From: Octopus vulgaris
Taxonomy: Eukaryota
NCBI GenBank assembly: GCA_951406725.2
Contig: OX597816.1
Span: 130,262,001-130,326,000, forward strand
Direction: 5' to 3'
Length of the DNA: 64,000 nucleotides
Shown here: positions 1-22,735 of the stretch, piece after piece
Layout of the letters: every line of letters starts with the position of its first letter
How positions within the stretch are numbered: the first letter of the stretch is position 1
Made by a program: the position numbers and the translations under genes
The notes under the pieces: model-generated
What the model was told of the DNA's origin: nothing
Databases searched by the model: none
Seen by the model: the letters and a program-made list of their open reading frames with translations, nothing else

Positions 1-5000
<5,000 letters not shown>

Positions 5001-5612
5001 AAAGACCCGGCAAGACTAGTCAGGCCATAACCCGTGGCCCCTACCTGGGACGTAGTCCGTCCACTTGTGCATACCTTCCTTCTTGTGACACTTGTGAAGA
5101 CCTGTTGAGGCAAGTGAAAATCAAAACAAATCAAAATAGATGAACATCAATGGAATTTGTATCTTTGTGGTAAATAGTGCCGGTGGCACACAAGAGAACC
5201 ATCCGAACGTGGCCGTAGCCAGTACCGCATCGACTGGCCTCTGTGCTGTGGGACGTAACAAACACCATCCGATCGTGGCCGTTCGCCAGCCTCATCTGGC
5301 ACCTGTGTCGGTGGCACATAAAAACACCATCCGAGCGTGGCCGTCTGCCAGCCTCGTCTGGCACCTGTGTCGGTGGCACATAAAAAACACCATCTGAGCG
5401 TGGCCGTTCGCCAGCCTCGTCTGGCACCTGTGTCGGTGGCACATAAAATCACCCACTACACTCTCGGAGTGGTTGGCATTAGGAAAGGCATCCAGCTGTA
5501 GAAACACTGCCAGATCTGACTGGCCTGGTGCAGCCTTCGGGCTCCCCAGACCCCAGTTGAACCGTCCAGCCCATGCTAGCATAGAAAGCGGACATTAAAT
5601 GATGATGATGAT
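5001..5612 (+). mobile_element. 5'-truncated RTE-type LINE 3' UTR with (ATG)n tail
   Basis: Ends CCATGCTAGCATAGAAAGCGGACATTAAATGATGATGATGAT, the same terminus that follows the RTE-like ORF2 remnant at 60830-62143. Contains ~53-bp internal subrepeats. Confidence 0.8.
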
Positions 5613-5664
5613 ATATATATATATACACACATATATACATATATATACACATACATATATATAC

Positions 5665-5926
5665 ACGAAGAACCTGAGAGACCTGCATGGGGTGGATGCA
5701 GATGTCTTTAAAATGAAGCTGGATCTCTTCCTGTCAGGTGTCCCAGACGAACCAACTTCACGGCAGGAGGGGCAGATGAGGGCAGCTGCATCGAACTCTC
5801 TCATGCACCAAATGGCAGTTGCTAGAAAGCTTTCGTGAAGTGAAACCAAGTAGCAACACCAAATGGCGGTGCCCCAGCATGGCCACAGCTCATAAGCTGA
5901 AACTAGAATCAATCAATCAATCAATC
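5665..5926 (+). mobile_element. 5'-truncated CR1-type LINE 3' end with (AATC)n tail
   Basis: Encodes KNLRDLHGVDADVFKMKLDLFLSGVPDEPT, homologous to RKLRDLHDADVDIFKKHLDKLLSGIPDEPT of the LINE at ~25505-25595. Followed by a stop, GGCGGTGCCCCAGCATGGCCACAGCTCATAAGCTGAAAC and (AATC)n. Confidence 0.85.
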
Positions 5927-6026
5927 NNNNNNNNNNNNNNNNNNNNNNNNNNNNNNNNNNNNNNNNNNNNNNNNNNNNNNNNNNNNNNNNNNNNNNNNNN
6001 NNNNNNNNNNNNNNNNNNNNNNNNNN
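5927..6026. other. Assembly gap (100 N)
   Basis: Run of 100 N. Confidence 1.
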
Positions 6027-6091
6027 TTTGTTATCTTACTGTTTTTACCAATATACATATATATATATATATATATATAAATATATATATA

Positions 6092-6416
6092 GTTACAGAG
6101 ATGTACTTGCATAGCAAGTGACTTGATCTGAGATCGTGTGCTGGAACGAAAACAGTTGCAGCGTTGAAGGTGTTTATAAGCCATTTAAGAAACACACAAA
6201 AACCGTTAGATTCACTTCAACATTTAAATTTAATTTGTCAAAATATTTTCGTCGCTTTGAGACCGCGACCTGTTAGCACGATATTTTTGTCAGTGAACAG
6301 GTCGCGGTCTCAAAGCTTAACGAAAATATTTTGGCAAATTAAATTTAAATGTTGAAGTGAATGTAACGGTTTTTGTGTGTTTCTTAAATGGCTTACAAAC
6401 ACCTTCCACGCTGCAA
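6092..6416. mobile_element. Inverted pair of a dispersed repeat, probably a Penelope-like terminal repeat, carrying a hammerhead-like motif
   Basis: Arms ~6156-6274 and ~6296-6416 are reverse complements. A single copy of the same sequence lies at 50813-50958. Confidence 0.7.
6286..6338 (+). ncRNA. Candidate type I hammerhead-like motif with G3-C8 core (GUGAACA)
   Basis: TTTGTCA-GTGAACA-stem II-GAAA-ATAT-TT-TGGCAAA. Stem I pairs with one G-U; the stem II 3' strand is partly decayed. Confidence 0.45.
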
Positions 6417-6479
6417 TATATATATACGCACATATATATATATGTATGTATGTATGTATGTGTGTATATGTGTATGCAT

Positions 6480-6716
6480 GTATGTGTGTGTGTGTGCGTG
6501 TCTGTGCTTGTGATTGTCCTCCACCACTGCTTGACAATGAATGTTGGTTTGTTTACATCCCTGTCACCTAGTGGTTTGACAAAGGAAACAGATAGAATAA
6601 GTACAATGCTTACAAAAATAAAACTGGAGTTGATTCATTAAACTACAATTCTTCAAGGCATTGCCCCAGCATGGCCACAGACCAATGGCTGGAAAAAGCA
6701 GAAGAATAAAAGAATA
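6480..6716 (+). mobile_element. 3' half of a tRNA-derived SINE with CR1-type tail
   Basis: Matches the 3' half of the SINE copies at 39741-40118 and 52950-53175. Ends GCCCCAGCATGGCCACAGACCAATGGCTG...AAAAGAATA. Confidence 0.75.
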
Positions 6717-6768
6717 CATTCTCTGCTTTGGTCTTATGTTCAAGGCATAAGAAAGCTTGAGTTTACAT

Positions 6769-7262
6769 GAGAAGGCCTAACAGACCTGGTAGAAACAGCA
6801 GCCAAATCTCCCTCAAATCACACCTTACTGTCTTATGTATGTATATATATATGAGCCAATGAGGGGGACCTCTACATGGTAGCTAGACCTGGTAGAAATA
6901 GCAGCCAAATTTCCCCCAAATCACACCTTACTGTCTTATCTATGTATATATGTATGTATGAGCCTATGAGGGAGACCCCTACATGGCAGCTAGACCTGGT
7001 AGAAATAGCAGCCAAATTTCCCCAAATCACACCTTACTGTCTTATCTATGTATATATGTATGTATGAGCCTATGAGGGAGACCCCTACATGGCAGCTAGA
7101 CCTGGTAGAAATAGCAGCCAAATTTCCCCCAAATCACACCTTACTGTCTTATCTATGTATATATGTATGTATGAGCCTATGAGGGAGACCCCTACATGGC
7201 AGCTAGACATGGTAGAAATAGCAGCCAAATCTCCCTCAAATCACACCTTACTGTCTTATCTT
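6769..7262 (+). repeat. Tandem array of a ~106-107-bp unit (~4.6 copies) derived from a SINE segment
   Basis: Units start at ~6853, 6960, 7066 and 7173 (GAGCCTATGAGGGAGACCCCTACATGGCAGCTAGACCTGGTAGAAATAGCAGCCAAAT...). The core resembles single-copy segments at ~48460-48680 and ~46680-46850. Confidence 0.9.
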
Positions 7263-7759
7263 TCTGCTACTTATATTCGTCGTAAAAAACTTTCCTGTCA
7301 CACACTCACGCACACACACACACACACACACACACGCGCGCACCCTCACACACACACACGCGCACACACACACACACACACTCACACACACGCACGTTAG
7401 CTTACAATTTTATTTATATATTTGCGTGTCTGTGTTGAAAGAGGAAGTGGGAGGCAGAGTGAAAGAATCACTCACTACAGTAAGTAAATTACTTTCATTT
7501 TATTCGCTGCCCACTGTGTGTGTGCGTTTGCGTGTGGTGTAAACCAGACTAAGAAAAGCATTTGACACACACACCAGAATGTGAGTTTTCTGTAAATTTT
7601 GCTTAATTGGAGTTTAAATTTTAAAAACTGGACCTGGCATGACGCGATGCATTGTACTCTTAAAATTGCTAGGTAAATTGTAATTGAAGAAATCCTATAT
7701 TGTAGATTTGTATAACTCCCAAAGGGAGGCAGATAAAATCTGCCTTTTATAATAAGAGA
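7263..7759 (-). mobile_element. Helitron-like non-autonomous element, 5' part
   Basis: Minus strand begins A|TCTCTTATTATAAAAGGCAG, similar to the element at 19596-19985. Hairpin GGCAGAT-AAA-ATCTGCC near that end. No 3' end seen. Confidence 0.5.
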
Positions 7760-7760
7760 T

Positions 7761-11073
<3,313 letters not shown>

Positions 11074-11265
11074 TACAAAATTAGAGAATGGAGAAACATA
11101 CTTAAATCAGTAAAACATCAACTATCCGATGATACTCAATCCATACTTTAATACACCATTACATATGAGTAAAGGCAATATATAAAATGAAATGAGATAT
11201 ACAGTAATAGTAAAAAGATAAAGAGATATAAGTAAAAAATTTCAAATATAATATGCAAATAAATC

Positions 11266-11380
11266 AAAACTGACAGCTGTTTCGGCAGTGAGGGCAGTCA
11301 TACCTCATTTAACCTATAAGCCATAAAGGCAGGTATAAATGAGGCATTAACAAGATGCCCCACGGCCTCTTCAGAGAATT
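11266..11380 (-). ncRNA. Type I hammerhead ribozyme with extended stem II
   Basis: CTGAAGA (11374-11368), ~84-nt stem II closed by GGC/GCC, GAAAC-AGCT-GTC. Palindromic stem III loop; predicted cleavage after GUC (between 11272 and 11271). Confidence 0.75.
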
Positions 11381-11720
11381 AAATTAAATTTGTTATAATA
11401 GTGAAAAATATTATATAATCATATACATATAAATATAAAAATATAAAAATGTAAAATATAAAAACTTATACATCATAATGCTACACTTATATAATATAAT
11501 ACACATTTGTACAAAAAAGGAAGGTAAACAGAACAAAATAAAACAAAATATATAACAGTGTATATATTAATATTAATAAGTACCGATATTATACATATTT
11601 GGCTAATAGTTTTTTTTAAAAAAAAAGGGCTAACACATATGGAGATGAAAAATAATAATTAAAACCATGGTACAGTTCATAAAAATTCTAAAGCTATAAA
11701 AGTTAATAAAAATTACTATT

Positions 11721-11773
<53 letters not shown>

Positions 11774-13493
11774 TAATAAAAATAGATACAGTTAAGTTAG
11801 CACCAAGTCCATCCTTTCAAGATCGAAATAACTATAGAGTTAAGAAATGCTGACCACTAGGTAAAGAAAATTTAGATTAATTCGATTGGCTATTGGTTTG
11901 AAATTTAAATCACAAAAGAAAATTATACGGTTGGTTAGTCAGGGAACGCCAATATTCACACACGCATCTACAGATCAATCGCACATACACACATAGTTAT
12001 ATGTATATACATACACTTATACACATACATAATCACAAGCAACAACTAGCACTTAGATAAACAAAAAGGGAAGCAACTATGCTAACATTTAGTCCTTCAA
12101 AATTATAACTGTGCCTCAATAACAAAAAAAGAACCATCCATGCATTCCATAAAATATTTAATTTAGATATAAATATATTTTTAAATATCAGTATGTTACT
12201 AATTCAGATAATTATTTCATGGGTAACTTAAAATTTATAACACCGGTTTGTTGCAGAGTAAACATACGGTTGTTAGGTTTATCGTAAGTTTGTTATGATT
12301 TTAAGTACGCTAAATTATAAAATATAAAATATAAAATATATATTAATTTAAATATTATAAATAAGTCACTTATTAACTTAATAAATATAGTGCCATAATA
12401 TACCAGTTTAGGCATTAAAAAATAGAAGGGGAAGTATTAATGTAAACGCTTATGAGAACATCACAGAAATTTTAAATAAATTTTACATTATAAAGACTTA
12501 AGATGAAAAGAGATAAAATAAATAAAGAAGGAATAAATACGAAGGAATAAATACGGTTATACACATAATTATAAGTACAAACCAGTATATATGTATTCAT
12601 ATATTATTAAAATTAAATAAAAATAAATGATATATATGTATGTATAAAACTACCCCAGTATAAGTAAATAAGTAAAAAAAAAATAAATAGGTAACAAATT
12701 ATATGACTTGATATGTATGTAAACATCTACACTTAAATAGGCAAATAAATAAATAAATAGAAGACTAGATGCAAAGATTGATAATATTACAATAAAATGG
12801 AAAATAAATAAAAAATAAATAAAGTGAATATATATATTTTATATTGTTGAAAGTAAATATGTATGGAAGGATAGTTTAAAGTACAGATCCAGAGGACTAT
12901 AGATATAAACTAAATATATGAGGCTGGTAACAATTATAAAGCAAAATGCATGTAAATGAGAAAATGAAAAAAATGAAAAAGGTTTATCAGTGAATAGCAT
13001 AAGATACAAATTAAGGTGAGTACAAAAAAGACCAAATATACAATAAAAACCTTCCAAATAAACACATACAAAAAACCTATAATCTCAACCTAAACCCACC
13101 AAACTCACAAAAGGCTCTCATATATTACATATTATACAATATCATTACATTATCCAGAGCTAGGTATCTAACCAAGATATATATATATACTTATGCAATA
13201 TACTATGCAATATTGGAAAACTTCAAAAATCACACATTACAAGGCAAATACCAAAATGAATATGTTATTTTATGTCATATTGCATTTCTCTTAAAAAAAC
13301 AAACAAAGACCCACATACAAAAACCAAGAAACCAATAATACTAGACACATCCATTAATTATTATACAAATGTAGCTATAAAAATTATAAAATTATAAAAT
13401 TTATAAATTGTATACTTTAGAATTATAGAAGACCACAGGTATATTTAGTTAAAGAAGGAATTAAAAAATTAATAATAGTGGAAGTGCTAAGTT

Positions 13494-15580
13494 CTATTTG
13501 AATCTAGAAAAGGTGAACGGTAGCCTATGAATACAAAAGAAGTTTTTTTCATTAATGTTGTTAATAATTTGCCGACCCGCTTTAATAATGAAGAAAATTT
13601 CATTAATACATAGAGAGCATTTTTTTATTTTTCCATTATACACAGGTGCTGAAGTTAGTATTTTCCAGTTTAATCTAAAATCTAAGTTCTTACTTTTAAG
13701 TTCCCAAATGTATGCACTTAGCCCTGTAGAGTACATTCTATTTTTATTCCTAAAAGTATATCTGTGATAATTCCATCTTTGTTTTATGCTATTCATAGTT
13801 GCCCCGATATACACCCTACTACTCAATTGTGTATCTACAGTGCATTGGTAAACTACCTCTATTCTGAGGCATTGATTACCAAATACACATTTATTTTTAT
13901 TTCTGCAATTACAAAGATTAACAGAATGAGGAAATCTAAGATTGGGACACCACCCCTATACTACTATTCACATTATAAGTGTTACAATTGTTATCATCAT
14001 CCAAACCCAAAATCAACGAATGAGTTGATTTCACATTATCGGCTATATTCCTATCACTAGTACTAGTATTGGTAGTAGTGGTAAGATCTATTACATTTAT
14101 ATTATCTCTGAAATGACAGGTACGGTGCACTCATTATTAGTAAGGAGGTTGTTCCCATTCGTTCCAAGAAAGTTTCTATTCCTATTATTAATGAAGAGGG
14201 GCAAGTTTTCCTGGTCTAAATTCAATTTTCTATCCTTATAGAAGTGATCCAGTTTCTTGTTATTAAAAGAGGAGATAATGGTGGCTAGATTATGAGTAAT
14301 GCTATATCCCCTCTAACAGTACCGTTGTTAATTAAAGGACTAAATTTATTCTTATCCTTACCAAAATGCCTAAAAATAACATTATGCAAAGCTCTCACTA
14401 TGTTTATTTTAATCTGCATTGCATATGGGATAATCAACCAAAGAATATCCTTATCAGAATTAGGATTACCTATAGAATTAATGTTATTTGTAAAAATCCT
14501 ATTCGTAGACCAACTCATAGGATTACTATTCTTACCACTGTCATTGTTATATCTATCTATATTAAAATTACCATGGTTATTGCTAAGTAAACTTTACCAT
14601 TATCATGTCTACCATAAGTTTTAATTCGTATATTATTATTAATATTACTACCATTACCCGTATGTTTAGATCTATTTGAGCTGCCGTTCACCTTTCCAAG
14701 GTTAACAGTCACTTCTACATTTATTATGGGTGTTATCATATATTCTATTTTTACTATTCTTATGTATATTGTTGATTATCCTAAATCTATTTGTGTTGTT
14801 CTGATAGTTCTACCTCCATTAGGAGGGTTCCCCTTAGGTATAAAACCAAATCTTACTTTTTATATCCTGCCTTAAGTAATGCTGCATTGTATCTATCACA
14901 GTGTTTGTTAAAAATTTCCTCGTTTGAGGATAAACTAGAAATTCTCTGACTAATGCTACGCACTAGTGCATTTTTAATTTGAGGGGGGTGATTACTTGAA
15001 CGGTTAATGTATATTAGGTTAGAATTAGGTTTAATATAGGGTCTATGTAAACCATTAGTAATGTTACAATAACATCTAAATAATTAGCAGAATAATTTTC
15101 ACTTTCAATGATAATGGATAGGCCGAAACTTTTAAAAATTTATTTATTCTTTCAGAAGATCTAATCTCCTATTTGATGTATTCCTAACACAAAATAAGGC
15201 GTCATCCCTGTATAATCCACCTTTTAATTCAGGGAATTCCCTACCTGAGATTATCTAATAGATACATCCCAACTAGATCAGTCACCTCCGTTGAGTCCGG
15301 CGATCCCATTGTGATATCGAATAAATTGGGTGTGTCCTTTCAGCCCAAAGTTTATTATCAAACTCTATTAAAGTTTTCCTGGCTGTTAGTATAACCTTAA
15401 TCTCCCCCATACAATTTAGTGTGTTTTCTAGCAAAAATTAAGGACTTATTTAATATAATAGGTTAATGGAAGTGTAATAATTCTGCATATCGAATTGTAT
15501 AAATTTATTTCTATTATAGCTAAGAGTTGTTACTGTCACAGACCTTAATGGCAGAAAACCAATCCAAAGCACCTATATAT
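13494..15580 (-). pseudogene. Frameshifted PLE ORF: reverse transcriptase, Asn-rich linker, GIY-YIG endonuclease
   Basis: RT and EN motifs are spread over several frames. The EN frame is open from ~13947 to the stop at 13494. Confidence 0.85.
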
Positions 15581-15595
15581 CTAAAGGTTTAGTTT

Positions 15596-19595
<4,000 letters not shown>

Positions 19596-19985
19596 TAGCA
19601 CGTTCAGCAGTATCGCCCGGCGTTGCTCAGGTTTGTAAGGGAAATAACTATAAAGCATCTTTAGAGAGTTATAGCCAAAAAAATAGCAAAAAAATGGAAA
19701 AAAAAATGAAGGTAAATTTTTTTCTGAGAGTTAAAAATGGTGGAGTTGGTGTCCCCTAGAAAGTTTATGGTTTGTGTTTGATTCTCGACCCCATGTCGAA
19801 TTTATCGATTTTTTTCAGAACTGGGGAACTTTTCAAAATTTTCGTGCGTTAGTTTTGAATTATGACATTGGGCTATGTGTGTGAAAAGTTTCATCAGAAT
19901 CAGTTGAAAGCCGTGGTCAGGGTGATACAAGCAAACAGACACACAGAAACACGCACAGACAAACTGCCGTTTATATAGAGAGAGA
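19596..19985 (-). mobile_element. Non-autonomous Helitron-like element (~390 bp)
   Basis: Minus strand starts A|TCTCTCTCTATATAAACGGCAG. Subterminal GC-rich hairpin CCTGAGCAACGCCGGG ~20 nt from the 3' end. The 3' CTAG is altered (CTGCTGAACGTGCTA). No TSD. Confidence 0.7.
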
Positions 19986-20033
19986 TACATACATATATAT
20001 ACATACATATACATATATACATACATACATATA

Positions 20034-20065
<32 letters not shown>

Positions 20066-20384
20066 CATATATATATATATACATATACATATATATACAT
20101 ATATATACATACATATATATATATACATACATACATACACATATATATACATATATATACATACATATACATATATATACATACATATACATATATATAC
20201 ATACATACATATATATATATACATACATACATATACATATATATACATACATACATATATATATATATACATACATACATATACATATATATACACATAT
20301 ATACATACATACATATATATACATATATATACATACATACATATATACATATATACATACATATATATATATACATACATATAC

Positions 20385-20423
<39 letters not shown>

Positions 20424-20438
20424 CATATATATACATAC

Positions 20439-20473
<35 letters not shown>

Positions 20474-20474
20474 C

Positions 20475-20561
<87 letters not shown>

Positions 20562-20648
20562 CATATACATACATATATATACATACATACATATACATAC
20601 ACACATATACATACACATATATACATACATACATTTACATATATATAT
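19986..20648. repeat. (TA)n/(TACA)n microsatellite
   Basis: Direct inspection. Confidence 0.97.
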
Positions 20649-21083
20649 TTCTGCTAGTGAAACTTTACGATAAGTATATTTTTATTAACGTAACATATTA
20701 AGACAACTTTTTGATATATTTGACATCTTTTCATGAAAATTGATAACATTTTTCCTCGTATGAAAACGCACGCGTGTTTATTTTCGATTTCGGTGCGTTT
20801 TGATTCGGGGCGGTTTGTCTGTTTGTTTGCTCTATTTGTGCGTCGAGTGTATTGCTTGCTGTTGCTTTGCTTGTTGTGTTGCTGTATATATGTCGTGTGT
20901 TTATTTGTGTATTTGTGCTATTGGTTTTTCTAATTAATTAATTTGGATGTCTGTGTGTGTGGGTGTTTTCGTGCGGGTTTTGGGGGACACACACACGTGT
21001 GCTTCGCTTTGATGATGCCAATATAAAAGTAATATATCGATCTAGTTAATTAATTGATTAATTATTCTGTTGATATACATGTG

Positions 21084-21124
<41 letters not shown>

Positions 21125-21334
21125 CACGTGTATTGGAGAAATTGATCTTGCGAGATATACCTTTAAAACTGTTTTATCTTTCGCTATCGTGCGCGTGTGT
21201 TATTTAGAACGGTAAATTTCGTGACAACAAGTGTCGATGTTTACAGGTTGTACATATCTGTGATGAATGGATATTTTTACTTTTATCTATATCTATATAT
21301 GTAAGTATGTGTGTATATGTAACATATTGTAGCT

Positions 21335-21781
21335 ATTCCTTCTCTTGCATTCTCACACTCTCTCCCTCTCTCAAAATCTCTTTCTCTCTCTTTCTTTCAC
21401 AGCCTCTCTGCCCCTCTATCTCTCCCTCGTAATCCTTTCTCTCGCTTTCCTGCACTACCGCTTTCTCCCCCCTCTCTCGCTCTTTCCATCACACTATCTC
21501 TCCCCCCTCTCTCTCCTCACTCTCCCTTTCTCCTTCCTTTTCACTATCCCTTTCTCTTTCCCTCACGAACTCACTCCCTCCCTCCCAATCTCTCTCTTTT
21601 TCTTTCCTTCAGACCCCCTTTCTCTATCTCTCTCTCGCTTTCCTTCCCTGCCTCTCTCTCACCCTCTCTCTCTTTCCCCATAACAGTCTTCTTTTCCTCT
21701 CTCTCACCCTCCCTTCCTCACAATCTCTTCCTCTCTCCTCCCTTCTCCCTTTTTCCCTCACAGCTTCTCTCTCTCTCCCCG
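21335..21781 (+). repeat. CT-rich polypyrimidine low-complexity tract just upstream of LINE ORF1
   Basis: About 450 bp of mostly C/T, ending ~10 bp before the ATG at 21792. Confidence 0.9.
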
Positions 21782-21791
21782 CTACAACGGA

Positions 21792-22735
21792 ATGGACAAC
21801 ATGCAAAAATTAGAGGTAAATGCAAACACTGGCGTCAACAAAAGCCAGCGTAACTGGACGAAAGTAGAGCTGGAAGTTTTCATCAGAGGATGGAGCTCGG
21901 CCGACAGATCGCAACCAACTAAAAACATAGCGGCGACCCTGAAAAGCCATGGCTTTATGAGGACGTTGGCGCAAGTAGAGAGGAAGAAAAAGAGAAGTCT
22001 GAAAGGGCCTCACACTCTCATTGCACCACACATGGCTTTGCTAAGCCAAGTCCTCAAGGTGGATACAAAGACAAAGAGAGAGATGGAAACAGGAAACACC
22101 AACCACAGAGTGTCAAAAAATGACACGCCCATGCCACAGTCGAAGAAGGCAAGCAGGGCAAACAACAGATAGGCGGCGATGGGGAAACGGAAAATAACCA
22201 CCCGGATGAAAATACCTATGCAGAAAGGAACCAGTGGACAACCGTCCAACGGAGGAAGAGAAAACAGAGAGGAACTGGGGACAAGAAAACCCAGATAACA
22301 TGCAAATTCTTCCGGAATGGAACCTGCTGGCATGGAGAAACAGGGGAAGGATGCAGGTTCGCTCATCCCAGGCCCTATGGAAATTGCATCAAACCCACTC
22401 GACCAAAATGCCTTAACCAAAACCAAGACCAGAACAAATACAAGCTGCCCCAGAAATATGCAGACATAGTGCGTAATGCCCCAACAAGGAGAAGGCGCAC
22501 ATTTGCAGAGGAAATGCAGACGGCGGCAGCAGAACAAAGAAATTTTGTGGAAATAGCAGAGAAAATTGTGGGACAACTGGCCTGGATACATCGTCTTCAG
22601 AGCCAGGGGCACTCACAACAGCACTCAAGACCACCACAATCAAGGGACCCAGGGTGGCCACCGCTGACACCAGCCCAGGTGCCACACCGTCAGCCTTTAT
22701 TGACACCCCAAATATCTCACCAGTGCTTCTGCTGA
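21792..22735 (+). pseudogene. LINE ORF1: Myb/SANT(trihelix)-like N-terminus plus CCCH zinc finger, one frameshift at 22124-22169
   Basis: NWTKVELEVFIRGW...IAATLKSHGFMRTLAQVERKKKRSLK. In a second frame, CKFFRNGTCWHGETGEGCRFAH (22301-22366) continues to the stop at 22735. Confidence 0.7.

Larger units (their letters stand above)
11075..15592 (-). mobile_element. 5'-truncated Penelope-like retroelement of Naiad type (RT, CxCx5Cx5C, GIY-YIG, long AT-rich 3' region with hammerhead)
   Basis: Minus-strand peptides FIQFDMQNYYTSI, FDITMGSPDSTEVTDLVG, GLYRDD (YRDD at 15201-15212), SNHPP, CNCRNKNKCVFGNQC (13869-13913), VVY...VYIGAT...RWNYH and CSLC...CIH. Hammerhead at 11266-11380. The 3' boundary is approximate. 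Confidence 0.85.

Noticed and set aside
5270-5450. Regular palindromic subrepeats resembling a CRISPR array
   Set aside because: There are no unique spacers and no cas genes, the context is eukaryotic, and they are part of a LINE 3' UTR.
5131-5582. Short ORFs with repeated MCHRHRCQ or MPPTQVPDE, also at 28.8-30.6 kb and 52.3-52.9 kb
   Set aside because: They are readings of RTE 3' UTR subrepeats, mostly antisense, with no consistent frame between copies.
13494-13913. Selenocysteine-coding Naiad endonuclease
   Set aside because: All conserved Cys codons read here are TGT or TGC; there is no in-frame TGA in the EN region.
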